Shown in pieces: positions 36,901 to 49,933 of a DNA stretch of 64,000 bases. Under the pieces are notes generated by a model that was not told the DNA's origin, searched no databases, and worked only from the letters and a program-made list of their open reading frames with translations. The position numbers were made by a program, and so were the translations under genes. Position 1 is the stretch's first letter; each line of letters starts with the position of its first letter. Source of the DNA: Phoronis australis (Eukaryota; Animalia; Phoronida); NCBI GenBank assembly GCA_002633005.1, contig NMRA01000075.1, forward strand, positions 605 to 64,604, in the 5' to 3' direction.

Positions 36901-37109
36901 CTGTGTCCGTGACTGTGCATGCGTGTAATACAACGCGAAGTTGTTGACAACGATTGGTACCGTGAAAGCAATGACCAGCACGCCAAAGTAGACGCACACT
37001 GTCCCTATTAAGTATCCGGTCACAGTTTTGGGAACTTTGTCACCATAGCCAACTGTTGTCATGGTTACAAGTGCCCACCAAACACCAAGAGGAATGCTGG
37101 TAAAGTTAT
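36901..37109 (-). CDS. KCNC: Shaw/Kv3-type channel exon 4: pore helix, selectivity filter, S6
   Basis: FTSIPLGVWWALVTMTTVGYGDKVPKT...GVLVIAFTVPIVVNNFALYY; phase 1-0. Confidence 0.97.
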
Positions 37110-37489
37110 CTGAAAGTGAATATTTAAAATGTGCCATTTATTTTATTCGCAAAATTATATCACAAGCTGTTGTTTGCTAACAAGTTTAAGAATTTTTCGT
37201 TTTTCCTGTTACGTTTCAGAGCACTTAAGGGCTGTCCCATTATGCATTTGATGCAGGTATTGAGGTATTGAGGAAACATTCGTCTATGACCCTTCCCTCA
37301 AGAGCCGGATGTAAACGTAAAAACAATACAACCAATGAATTATTCATACATCAAAGTAGCGCCACGGACAATGACTGGTAATCCTTCTGGAAGGAACGGC
37401 GCCAATTTTAAGGACGATGACTACTAGACTTACCGGAGAGACAGTCGGGATATAGTTGATTTTAAGGACGGTGTTGATGACAACAATAA

Positions 37490-37742
37490 TGAAGGCGATG
37501 GCGAAGATGACAGAGATGACAATGACGATGACGACGACATCGATGATAATGATGATGACGATGATGCGGATCACGATGATGTTGGTGATGATGATGATGA
37601 TGATGATGATGATGACGATGATGACGATGATAATGACGACGATGAGGATGATGATGACGATCACGATGATGATAATGATGATGATGATGATGATGAAGAT
37701 GATGATGATGATGAAGATGATGATGATGATGATGATGATGAT
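37490..37742. repeat. (GAT)n imperfect trinucleotide microsatellite, intronic
   Basis: Direct observation; explains the poly-M, poly-H and poly-I spurious ORFs. Confidence 0.97.
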
Positions 37743-37780
37743 ACGACAAAGGAAATGCACATCGAACACAATAGACCTAC

Positions 37781-38360
37781 CTGCTTCTGCGTAATAGATG
37801 ATTGTTGCAAAGAGTAACACGCCAGTGAATAAAAATATCAACATCAACAACAGCTCTTTTGTGCTAACTTTGATAGTGTACACCAAAATCTTGAAGGCTG
37901 TGTAGTGTTTCATAAGTTTGAAGATTCTTAACACTCGCACGATACGCATTATCATGACCACTTTCAGGAAAATATAGGGCGAATGAATTTGGTCTGTGGC
38001 GCGCAAGATCACAGTACAGTAGTGCGGTATCAAGCAGACGATATCAATCACGTTCAACGGCTGTTTCAGGAACTTGATTTTATCTGGACAGAAAATTATC
38101 CTGGCGATTACCTCTACCGAAAAAAATACAATGCACACGTAGTCCATGTGAATAATGGCGGGATGTGACACGAAATTGAGCACATCGTCTGCCGATATTT
38201 TGGAGCCATTTGCTTTGCAACAGCAGTCGACTGTGCCTGGGTCAGTGGCTTGGACATACGTTCCATTTACAAGTTCAACTACTTGAAAAAAGTAGTGTGT
38301 CTCCATGATGAATAAGGCAATCGACATCGCAACGAATATGAAGGACACAATTGTGATGGC
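37781..38360 (-). CDS. KCNC: Shaw/Kv3-type channel exon 3: S1-S5
   Basis: AITIVSFIFV...FFSVE...CPDK...LNVID...RIVRVLRIFKLMKH...KELLLM...YYAE; phase 0-1. Confidence 0.96.
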
Positions 38361-39036
38361 CTGAAAAAGAGAGAAGATACAACGACAATCACAAGACATG
38401 TGCGATTTGAAAACACTCCTTTCTTGAATGCTGGATTAAGGTTTTTCTGTACCCAAAGTTATACGAAATTTGGGGACCCCATCCCGGAAAATTCATTTCA
38501 ATTTTTACCGACCTACGCATTTAAAGTTCCTCTCTAAAACGATTTTAACCACCGGCCAAGGCGTTTCATCCAAGTACATGTACCTCAACAAGGCGGTGTC
38601 CATAATTTGAGCAGAGCCCAAAGCTTTCATGCTTTGACTATCCTCCTCTTACCCTGCAACAGCCACTGAATAGTTTCATAAGGAAAACAGAAACTGGGCC
38701 TGTATACATTGTCACGGCCACGACGGTGGGAGAACCGGTCTCCACCTCAGCCTAGAAATTTCAGATTTTACTTTAAAAGTGTAGTCTTTGGCTTGTTGAA
38801 CGAGGAACAGTAGCAGTGATATTTCCTGGAATGTTCTTCCATGCGTTAACTTCGCATACTTTGCTTCAGAAGGCTTCAGTTAGGATGATTACTACTTAAA
38901 TGGTAATCTACTAATTTGGTCAACAATAGGTTTTTTCAAATTTTCATTTTCATAGGCACATTTGGCCCTCCCCCGCTTTTACCGTATGAAAAATGAAATT
39001 TTCACGTTCTTTATCAAACGTGAAAAATGCGCTTGC

Positions 39037-39255
39037 CTTGGCCATTCTAGATGTCGCTGGATACTCCAAAAGCCGCCAAACTTTCTTCTGAAAGATCTTC
39101 CACTGGGAATCATTTTCGCTTATTGCTTCCTCCTCAGGAACCATGAAGTTGTCGTCTAAAGCCGCTAGGGTGTCTTTGTGTGACCTGTACTTGCTGTATA
39201 CTCCCCAGCAGCAGGGTTCTATGTCCATCTCCTCGAGACCCCAGTAGATTAGTTC
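39037..39255 (-). CDS. KCNC: Shaw/Kv3-type channel exon 2: end of T1 domain and T1-S1 linker
   Basis: ELIYWGLEEMDIEPCCW...KVWRLLEYPATSRMAK; phase 0-0; ends at an AAG/GCAAGC donor. Confidence 0.93.
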
Positions 39256-39739
39256 CTGAAATGAAGAAGAGGGTATACACTGTATAAGACGAGCTGGCCG
39301 CATCCGTTATTAGAGTCTTCCAAAAGTACATTGTAGACCTTTGCATCACAGGGTAGCGATTTATTGGATGCCTCAAAGCGGGTGTCACATCATTGACTAT
39401 GCGAGGAAGGTCAGGAGGGCTCTTTCCCCCAAGTGCAAACACAGAAGGGGCTATTACACGCCGTCAGACCTCCGATGCCTAAACAGTGCACAAAAGCGTA
39501 ACAAAGATAACCGTGTTGACAACACAGTCACTTGCTACATTGAGAATGATGAACACATGTTACGAACATTAGAGTCGCTTCTAATAATGTTTGAAAAAAA
39601 CTAGTTTGAATGAGCATCTAACTTGAACTCGAATTCGAAGGACCCTATCATTATTTAGGTGATCATTGCAATATGATGCACAGCAAAGCGTGTATAAATA
39701 TATGTGGGTATTTATATCGTCATAGTTGCGTATGACAGT

Positions 39740-40593
39740 TTCACGCGTTCTATTGTATTTGTCGTTTCTGATGTGCGTTTCACTGTGAACTAGTAGTAAA
39801 TACTAGCCTGAAGATGAGATGTGTGTCACAAAATATCGCTTTGTAAATTATGTTACCTACTGATGTCAGATGGATTTTCATTGCACTGTTGTGATGTTAA
39901 CACAAGATCTCTATTTAGAAAGATTACTGCCAAATTATAATATAAATAGGTAAATAAAACAACAAGAATGGATCAACTGAAATTTTTGGATGTAATAACT
40001 TCCTTTGTCAACAGAAACAGAAATAAAGTAAAATCAAACACTATGTGACAATTGACATTTAAGATATGGTGTAATGAATATGATACATTTTGGCGTAAAA
40101 AATTCAATGATATATTTTAAGAAGTTTTTATGTTCAATCTATGAGGTTCTAGTGTATTGAGCTTGTCTATCCAATATTGTTCTCTTTTGAGTCTGTGAGG
40201 GGTACTGGGGTGTTGGAGTTTTTCTACTATTTGTACAGAAAGATCTTATGGTTTTTGGAATTGAAATGATTACCTATAGTATCAGAAATGTTTTTATGTA
40301 TAACATTAAATCTATGATGCCAAATTATAGTGATACATGAATACACATATGGATGTATATTTCACTGAAGACGCGACTTTGTTCTGTTTTTACGAGTTTA
40401 ATTTCAGTTTTTTTCAAACTCTCTAAATAGAGATCTTGTGTTTGCAGTTCAATAAAAACCAAATCGACATCAGAAGGTAACATAATTTACAAAGAGATAT
40501 TTCGAGACACATATCTCATCTTCAGGCTACTATTTACAATTAGTTCACAATGAAACGCACATCAGAAATGACAAATGCAATATAACACGTGAA
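39740..40593. mobile_element. Penelope-like remnant with about 175-bp inverted arms (39740-39921, 40421-40593), each carrying a degenerate hammerhead core
   Basis: The arms are reverse complements of each other. The spacer encodes RLKREQYWIDKLNTLEPHRLN on the minus strand (about 40132-40195), the PLE GIY-YIG C-terminal motif. Confidence 0.75.
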
Positions 40594-40619
40594 GTTGGCA
40601 TGCGCAACTATGAAGATGT

Positions 40620-40640
40620 AAACACACACACAAACACACN

Positions 40641-40676
<36 letters not shown>

Positions 40677-40688
40677 ACACACACACAC
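40620..40688. repeat. (CA)n microsatellite
   Basis: Direct observation. Confidence 0.97.
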
Positions 40689-41869
40689 GTTACTACCAAA
40701 TTATAGTATATTATGTCTGTATACATTTGTATATTTGTCATTTTTGACCCCCAGATATAATGCTTTCTAGCACATTCTGGGCTCAACTTTTGTTATTCGT
40801 AGATTGTTTGTTTTTTGTAATAAACATTACAAAAACTCCTGATTGAGATCAGTTTCGTGCCTGCCCGGGTCGCCACCAGTCTTGCCCACAACCGACACCA
40901 GTTTCGCCACACAGTTTCGCATCCCCCGTCGGTATGAAGTTTCGAAATCTCTTAGAGCAAAGGGATACTAAACACAGTATACATTTTTATTATCAGAAAT
41001 ACGAAGGCGCTGGTCGGCTCAGTTTCATGAATAGGTGGCCCTTCTGCAGCTGGGGTTTTCAGGGAATAACCACACCCTACTACGGACTTTCAGGTGAAAA
41101 TTAGATTTTCTTTACGGATACGTTGCTTTTATTGCAATTGTCAAAATGTACGTTTTGTGACAGCTGCTCGCCCATATCCAATAGTTACACAATGAGGTGG
41201 ACGAAAGCTATTTAATTTTGTGAGAATAACCAAAAAGGTAACTATACTTGGCATCATTTAACAGGCTGCGAATCGCTACTTAATAACTGCAAACTGGTGT
41301 TATTTTTTCCTAATTTTCAAAAGCCTCAGAAAAGATTTCGAGTTAGTTCTTAACGCAGTGGCTTGTCCATTTATCTATAGTCGTAGTCTCACTATTAACT
41401 AGTAGCGTGGGGTTGTCCTTGACTAGGCAGGTGACGAAACTACGAACTCCACCCGGTCTACAGGAAGTAGCGTACCCCGCGGCCCGTCGACATCACTACA
41501 GTCACAAACTGGTTTGAGCTGAGTAAAAAGTATTACGTCTACCTCTTTAGCTGATATCGGGGGTTTTGTGTTTGTTTTTGAAAAGATATTAAAATACCAC
41601 AACTCTGCCTCAATAAAAAACAACCAGAATCAGATATGCTTGGTTTGAACGTTGTAGGTTCATAAAAACAACATTCGATAAGGCTCCATTCACTTGCAAC
41701 TGGGTAATCAGCCACTGAAAATAGAAAAGTGGCACTTTTAACAATTCTTTTGGAGAAAAACAAATGAAAAATTACTCTATTACATTTTTATAATGCTATT
41801 ACAATAAACGGACAATTATAAATGAACGAAGAAAAAATTCACATGCACACGCGCACGTCAACCTCCCTC

Positions 41870-42212
41870 TAGGAACAGAGTAATCTATACTTGTGTCAAA
41901 CTCAATATATATGTACACTAAAATTCTCCCATTTTTCAGCAACCACTGTTACAAGGTTCTTACAAGCAGCTGTTCTTGAATGTATATGACGAAGTTGTGA
42001 ACATAAGGTACAATTTTGTTACATCTCTCCCCATAAATGTATTGTTTCACTAGTGCTAATAATATCATTTTGTTGAATAGAAAATATTGTGTCTCGTGAA
42101 GTTCAAGTATAACAAGCTTGTAGGAAATTTGGATGTGACAATTTTGAAATAATCTTCTCAGCTCCTTCCAAAAATTCTCTACAGACCTGCATTCCCAAAA
42201 AATGCGTGACAA
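41870..42212 (-). mobile_element. L1/Tx1-type LINE ORF2 C-terminal fragment
   Basis: IFWECRSVENFW...FNKMILL..KQYIY..RC resembles the post-RT zinc-knuckle region. Confidence 0.65.
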
Positions 42213-43758
42213 TGTTCTCGGAACTTAATGACAAAAGAAAAATAAATCGGGTTTACAAACCTGGATATTTACTAAAACAGCATGTGTCGTGTTCCTGGTT
42301 TGTTTCAACAACTCGTTGTAAATATCTATTCTCCAATGTCAACAAAACCTACACTAAACAGATAAAATTGCCTTCATTACGGCTCAGTACTAAACTCAGT
42401 TTGGTAAATTGATACGACAAGCGAACTTCATTGAACAGGCATTCTGCTGTGATCGATACCCCACTGGTGCCGTCTCGTCAAATAGTAAATATTAAACATG
42501 ATGAGATATTTATTTAATCGATTTTAAACAAGTTGCGTCAGTTTTATCAAATACACAAGAAACGAAAACACGAAGTCCGCATTTGTTAGGCTCTATACGT
42601 TGCGTGTAGTTGCAAGTTGAAATGACAACATTCTGCTCTCAAATAGAGTTCCGTGAATCTGGAAACTTACGAAAGTAATTTTTCACTTGACAGGATGTGT
42701 TCTAACGTTTAAACGCAGATTTCCAAGGCTTAAAAAGAACCATTGGTGAGGGGCAAACGATTCATCGTTAAGTACCAAAGAACAGGTCTCAAAATGAGTC
42801 GGGCGCAGATTGTAACCTATGCTTTTTTTACCGAAGCAAACTGTACTTCCGCCATTCTCAAGATTTATTTTGAATTGACTCGCCCTCAAAACCATTAGCA
42901 GTAAAACAACGAGTGATACAGAAAAACATATACCAGTATTCAGCGTCAAGTATACCATGATAATGTTTGAGCAAAACATTGTATTACTTAAACGACTGAT
43001 CAGTACTAAATCCCGGGGATATTTTTCATTTCTTATGAGGCAATGACAATCATTCTCCAGCATACAAAAATCTCAGAATCAGTTTGTGGTGAAATTTGAC
43101 ATTGTCTACACCGTTGCTGGCCTGGAAAACATAAGTATTGCCACACATTAAAACTTTCGCAAAATATCTGTTTTTTAACCTTTGTCTTAGTTCATTCAAC
43201 ATGATCTCCGATGCATTGAAATTTGCATTCGCTCGAAAAAGGCGCTGTCAGATCACGTTGGTCACGGTACATAAATGGAATTTCGCTGTCAACCTTATGT
43301 TAACACAGACGTTCCTTTATAGGTTTTAAAAGACTTGAATGCATTCGACTCGTTGAAAACTAATAAGTCCGTGTAACGGCTACCCAACCATGACAATCGA
43401 TTCAGGAAAAGTGTGGTGGCGAATTACTTGTCTTCGTATATGTCGCGAAGACAAGACTGACACGCAATGACGACGTCTACGCCAGGGCATTATGTATTTG
43501 CTTTCATAAATCAAGTGTTTGCTTTTATTATTTATTGTACTACTTGCCCTTGTTGTCGGCACTACACAAATGTACAAGCATCTTGAGTCGTTCTAACAGG
43601 CCATAAATGAATGTCATTTTAACTGACGTTTTGCACAAACTAGCTAGTCTTGCAGTCGCTCCCAGTCAAGGGCGAGGTTCGATACTCTATCACCTGTCAT
43701 TTCTGTTTTTATATCGTTTTATATTTTTTTTCTTTTTTTGTAAATCTCAACTACACAC

Positions 43759-43944
43759 CTTATTCATCACAGTTGCCATTTTAAAAGTGAGCCTCTTTTC
43801 AGGTTTTAAAAATAATGTATTCTGCGCTTAATCACAACGCAACGCGCGATTTTTTCGCGTGCCTCGTTATATTTATTTCTCAAATGCATTGTTTTTTAAA
43901 CCTAAAAAGAGGCTCACTATTAAAATGGCGACTGCGTGAATAAG
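43759..43944. mobile_element. Palindromic MITE (about 65-bp inverted arms)
   Basis: GCCATTTTAAAAGTGAGCCTCTTTT / AAAAGAGGCTCACTATTAAAATGGC. Confidence 0.75.
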
Positions 43945-45339
43945 ATCTCTACATTTACGCGTAGTCTAAATGTTATTTTTTAACAACAATAACAAAAATA
44001 ATACAGCAGAAACAACAAAAACGATGGAGACATCGACAACGTTGGTGACGATTTTCAATTTTTTTCCCAAATTGCCATTTTAGGTGGAATCAATGCCTCT
44101 TTCCGTAATGCTTGTAAATAGCTAGCCAGCCAGCTAGCTGTGTGAAGACTATCGTATACAGCTTTGTACCAAGGCTAGTAAATAGCATGATGCCCGAGTT
44201 ATAACAACCTAAGGATGTACTCCCTGAAGAAATAGTATTGAAATAAACCAAATTTGTGTATCGTTCACATTTTTGATGAAAAATACTGAGCAAAAAGAAG
44301 TCATGAACTTTGCTAAAAGGATCACCTCAACCAAAGCACTCTTTATAGTAAAAACAAAAATCTATGCATTACTTGAAATGCGGGATTTTCGCAAAGACTG
44401 CATATATTGCAAATTTCAGTTACCTTTTGGTGGCTCTTTCTTAGCATTTAATTACAGGAAATTTTAAATCGACTGAAAGCTAAATTCTGGATCAGATGGT
44501 ATAAAAGCTATACATCACATTGTTATGCAACAGTCATTCTTAAGCTGCGGATAAATTTTAAGTTTCTGTAATTCAGTTTTCTAAAACAAACACACTAATC
44601 GTTTTCTTGTAATTTGCATCAATGTTGAAACTGGTTGCAGTAAAACATCTAGAGTAGCCAATATGAAGAACCGACATTTTGAAAGACCCGCTCTCTGGTG
44701 CCATGGTGCATCTTGGGATAGACCCGAGTAACCACTTTGGATTGTCCTGGATGTAAATGTTGGCTTGTAAACGTAGTGGTGGGAATTGACGACGGATTTA
44801 CCTTGTTGTGTGCCTGGATGTCTTAACTACAACCAGAAACAGCGGCATCTGATCTATTACGAGTTCCCGAAAAATCAAGAGGTAAGAAAGTTATGAATGA
44901 CATACAGTGGCAGAACTGGTTATAAGGGCAAGTTTAGTGAGTTCGTGTTGTGTATAAACTTGGGTCTTTCAAGTTGACTAATTTTCTAGAGAACAACATC
45001 ACTTAAAAGCCCGTAAAATATGTTAAGAGCTGTAGTAGCATAACTAGAAAATTTATATGGAAGTACAAAGTAGCGTGAAAAGGGTTCGAAAACTGTAATA
45101 CTAGCATTATTTGCCTTTCAACAAGTTCAAGTTTGACACCCCCCCCCCCTCACCCACCCCCGTGGTTACATTTCTACAGAGCAGCCAACGTTTGAGCTGT
45201 GTAACAGTGCAAACTTCAAAGGGCTTGTTTGCTTCAACTACTTCCTGACATGCGCACTACGTTTCTGTATACGGACCGATGCTGAAACTCGCTATGAGTG
45301 GTTTGAAGCAATACAACCCAGCTAGCTTCTGAACACCAT

Positions 45340-46662
45340 AATTACTGTGCGCGTGTAAGCGCAGAGTACTGTTGTTCCAGGGTTTTCTTCAATTTTATTC
45401 TTCTTATTACTCTGCGCGTGTAAGCGCAGAGTACTGTTGTTCCTGGGTTTTCTTCAAATTTATTCTTATTCTTATTCTTCTTCTTATTCTTCTTCCGACC
45501 AACTTTGAGGCTTAATAACTCCAAATTGGGTGCAGGTACGGTCTTTAAATTCAGCATATGACTTTTGACAGTATATAAATTTTGATTGGTTATATAATCA
45601 TATTCCATATTGCACCGGAAGAGGTCGTTTGGTGCAAAGGTCATATAATTTTCAAAATGCTACTCCTCCTTCAGTTTTAAAGCTATCTTTTTCAAATTCG
45701 GTGCACAGGTATAAGTCAACATGACAATTTAAAAAATTACTTTTCTAAGTAATCGGGTCATCCAATCAGGTGAAATAGGTCAAAGGTCATTAGGTGCAAA
45801 CTAAAATTTTGAGCTAGACACTTCAAATTGACAGGTCTGATTGCCACAGGTAAATCAAATCGGAATCCAAAGTTTCAGGTCATTTAGTGCAAACATGGGG
45901 TCATTAGGTGCATTTTTCTTCTGAAAATTTGACCTTTTCAATCAGCAAGTATTCTGATGTGTCAACCGTTAGACATCTGTGATTCTCAGCGTTAAACACA
46001 TTTTCCATGGGGTTTGCAATAATTCTCCTAAAGATGCTTAAAATGCACCGGATAAGGTCAATTAGTGCAAAGGTCATGTAACGTTCAAAATGTTATATCT
46101 CTTACGTTTTTCAAGGAATTCTTTTCAATTTCAGCACACTGGTGTAAGTCAACATGCCATGTGAATACCCTACTTTACTTCGCAATAGGCCTAACCAATC
46201 AGAGAAAATAGGTCAAAGGTAATTGAGTGCAAACTAAAATTTTGAGCTAGAGACTTCAGAATTACGTATCTGTTTACTAAGTGCGATTGAGTTTGAATTC
46301 TAAATTTTCAGGTCATTTGGTGCTCCCATGGGGTCATTAGATGAATTTTTTTCTGAAAGTTTGACCACTTCATTCATCTTGTATTCTGAAGTGCTTAAAG
46401 TAAAACATCCTGTGATTATTAGCATTAACAACACTTTTAATCGAGTTAACAATTACTCCCTCATCGGGGCTCATAATGCACTGGAAGAGGTCAATTAGTG
46501 GAAAGGTCATCAAAAAATTAATATGTAATTTCTCCTACAATTTTAAAGAATTCCTTTTCATATTGGTAAACGGGTTGCTGTCAGTAACTTCCTATAATAA
46601 TTCCAGTAATACGCACGCGCAGAGTCCGTTATTGTCACGCCGTGACAATAATCTTTCTAGTT
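45340..46662 (+). mobile_element. Helentron/Helitron-associated non-autonomous element (HINE/DINE-1-like) with 433-bp internal repeats
   Basis: 5' subTIR CTCTGCGCGTG vs 3' CACGCGCAGAG; (TTC/TTA)n microsatellite; repeats starting 45611, 46044 and 46477; 3' hairpin TTATTGTCACG-C-CGTGACAATAA (46629-46651), then CTAG/TT. Confidence 0.82.
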
Positions 46663-48233
46663 CATGTTGTAATTGGGGCGCTCAGGGATCTACCAAGTAC
46701 TGAGAAGCGCACTATGGAATTTCTCATTGTTGCCAACTAAAGGTTTCAAGGGCACAAATTAGATCTGGCAAGGTAAAACTATCAGACCAGGTCAGTGCGG
46801 AGGGTGACCGGGAAAAAAGTTTAAAGAAGAATTTACCCAACCATGAAACATTGTGAACGGAGGAAGAGGATGGCGTCACCGGAAATCAAGTTAGAAGCAA
46901 AATATGAGTACAAAGCCCCTAAATCCAGAAGTCACTTCTCATCTGAGTTGTCACCATGGTTTTACTCCCGCAGTGTGTCGTGTGCACTTCTTGCCGATGC
47001 TGGCCTGCTTCCCCGCGACCTCACGCTACGCCTCTGCTGAGGAATCATTGTCCGAAAATGTAGTTTCTTTTGCAATTTTTGGCAGTTGCTTTTCGAGTCC
47101 TCCTGTATGGCCTGCTCACAAAATGAAAGAGTACCCATAATTTTATTTCTGCCTACCTGTGAGGGTACATTACTTCCAATGCAATTCTCACTCGTTGATA
47201 TGCCGGAATAATGACATTGCTTTTCATTACAATGAAGTCCTTTTAATGATTATCGGACTTTCCCATGGGTTACGAAATCATTAGCAGATTAAAACGTTTA
47301 TAATTGTATTGAATGATATTCATCTCCTGACTCAGTTACTCAATTACAAAACTAATATATCTCTGAAGTATTGTAGGCTGGAGCTCTGGATTTTGATTTT
47401 CTAAAAGTAATCAAGTACTTTTTCCAATAATGTTTTAATGTGCTATTTGATTTAACATTTGTAGATTGGTATAATGTGGCCCTACGAAAATGCATTTTAC
47501 TGGGGCATAAAAACAACAGTGAGATGATTCAGCCATTACATCATGGTTTCAGGGTCAAAATAGAGTTTGACCTCCATTAAATTCAGCTGAAACCAGATTA
47601 AGAAAAGTGTGACGCTAGCCACGAAAGGGCAATGTTAGAGAAAAATCGAGAATTACTTATTTTGCGGCAATTTACATACAATCTTTTCTATATTTAGTTT
47701 AAGCCTGAGAAATTATGGAACTGATCTGGCAGGTCGAAAGGCCATATCGACAAGACTTTACAGTTAGCTAAATATGTACTAATTTATAGGACAAGGTTTC
47801 TCTCAACAAAAGCATTTACTTACTGAGAGAAAAAAATCCGCAAAATTTTATTTTTGAATTTATACCAATCTAACATTGATTAGGTCACATCATTATTCGC
47901 TGATACATTTTTTTCTTAATCGTCGTTTTATGTAACCTGGTATTTTTTCATAAAAAATCATATAAGTTTTTTTTGATGGTCCCTCATGAAAAAGTGGAAC
48001 ATTTTAAAAGCAATTCCTAAAAGCCTTTTTGACTTTTTAGAATAGTACATGAAACCTGAAATTTTTATGTCAATCTGATGAGCCATTACTTTTTCCGACG
48101 TTGGCCAAATTTAGACATGCATCTAGGGTACTAAATTACCTTAAAGACTCATTTGAACTGTCTAGACCCTGAGTTATCTGAATAATATTGCCAAAAGAAA
48201 ACATTTCACTGTTCCCAATGTTGACACCCTTAA

Positions 48234-49933
48234 AGGAGAATGCCACCCGATTTAATTATTCTTTCTTACCGTTTTAATCGGTCCATATCCACATCGCCAC
48301 TTATACGGTCGACCTCACCCTTCCGAGAGGTGTCGCGTTAACCTGTGAGGAAGGTGCGAAACGACGCAGCGACGTCAGTGGTTCGTCTGCAGAGTGAATA
48401 CCGCTATATTGTGGTGCATCGTTCCCGCTTGTCCGAACTATGAAGCTGCGAAGAAAGCAGGTATATCGTTTTTTCGACTTCCTCGAGAGCCAGAAATGCT
48501 TAGGAAGTGGCTCGCGGTAGTGAAGAATGAAAAGTACGCTGTTAATAGCAAATACAGGTATCTCCGTGTCTGTGGCCGGCATTTCGTCGACATTGATTTC
48601 TCTGACGAATTCCGGCTTACCAAAGAACTATCCATACGTTCCGTTGCCTGTGCATGTTCACGGCTCCTCTCTAGTATTTTTTGATCAGCGTATTCCGGTT
48701 CGAACTGATAGCCTGTGAAACCTAACGATCCGACCCGTGAAGTCTTCGTCGGATGAGCCCTTGACTAAGTCGGGATTGGCGCCGAGCGAGTTGCCATGTA
48801 GACGTTTATTATTCTGCGTTCTGTTTCAAAATGAATTATTCTCACCCTAACCAATGCGTATAAAACCGAAACAAAGTCTGTCTCATTAGATACAATTTGT
48901 AATGCCTTTGCAGCATTCGTAAGTGCAAATGTTGAAAAGCCAGCAATGAATAAACCACTGCGTTACCGGCTTTTGATGCCGGCAATAAAGGTAATAGACC
49001 GGGCACCGAGGTAGTGTGAGCGCATGCTAATTCAGTATTTGCTGACAGAAAGCTGTTGTGAAACAATTACTCGATTTTATATGCTATGGTCACATGTTCG
49101 GGGAATCTTAATTTAGAAATACAAATACATTATTCAAATCATTGTTACTGTACATCCTTTGCCCTGACGGTCTCTGGAAGGGGAACCCGACTTCGCGGCC
49201 CCCGACAAGTAAGTAGATTGTCAGTTTCGTGGTTAATTCACATAAATAGTTACATGCAAATTATTTCTTTGGCTCACTGTTATATTTTTTCGTGACTGGA
49301 GGTTTAGTTTACAACTCAATCTGGTTTATGTTCGTGTTAGTCCCGGAGGCCGCGACCGGCCTGGGTTCCAAGCCACTGGCCGGGATAACGAGTCAGTCCG
49401 GCCGCGACGGGCCTCGATCGGGTTCCGAGCCACTGGCTGGCCGGGATAACAAGCGTTTTGTGTGTTTAGAACTAAAAAATCAAAAGTCTTAACAACACAG
49501 ATCTAGGTTCTCCTGTCTGTATTTCACGGAAGAATACTTATTATTTATCTCCGAACAGACCCCAAACTCCTGCTACGGACCTTGGTAAATTGGCCTGCCC
49601 ATCAGTCTACAGTGTGTTCAAATACCAATAAATTCGTAACAGCGAAATAAAACAACACGTTTTTATAAGAACTTAGTGTATTTTCAAGGGTTTTACATCG
49701 ATATTTGATGATTTACTGGTGTGAAACGATGAATTCAAGCGATAAGCTGACACCAGTAACCCGTGTTGTGAACTGCTGAACACACTGCGTGTGAAGCCAA
49801 TGACGTCATTGGATAATTTCAACACCTCCGTCTGCCGTCAGGTGTCAAGTAACACAACCGAATATGGCGTTATCGAGTAGAACTACTCGATCTAAATTGA
49901 TACAAAATAGGTTGTTTTTGGTGGGATTCTCCT
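48234..49933 (+). mobile_element. Non-autonomous Kolobok DNA transposon carrying a THAP domain fragment
   Basis: TTAA TSD on both sides; TIR AGGAGAAT(G/C)CCACC; ORF 48394-48684 CIVPAC...FFRLP...WL...VCGRHF (THAP C2CH). Confidence 0.85.

Noticed and set aside
37344-37794. Poly-Ile, poly-Met and poly-His ORFs
   Set aside because: Translations of an intronic (GAT)n microsatellite; the Kv exon ends at the GT donor at 37780.
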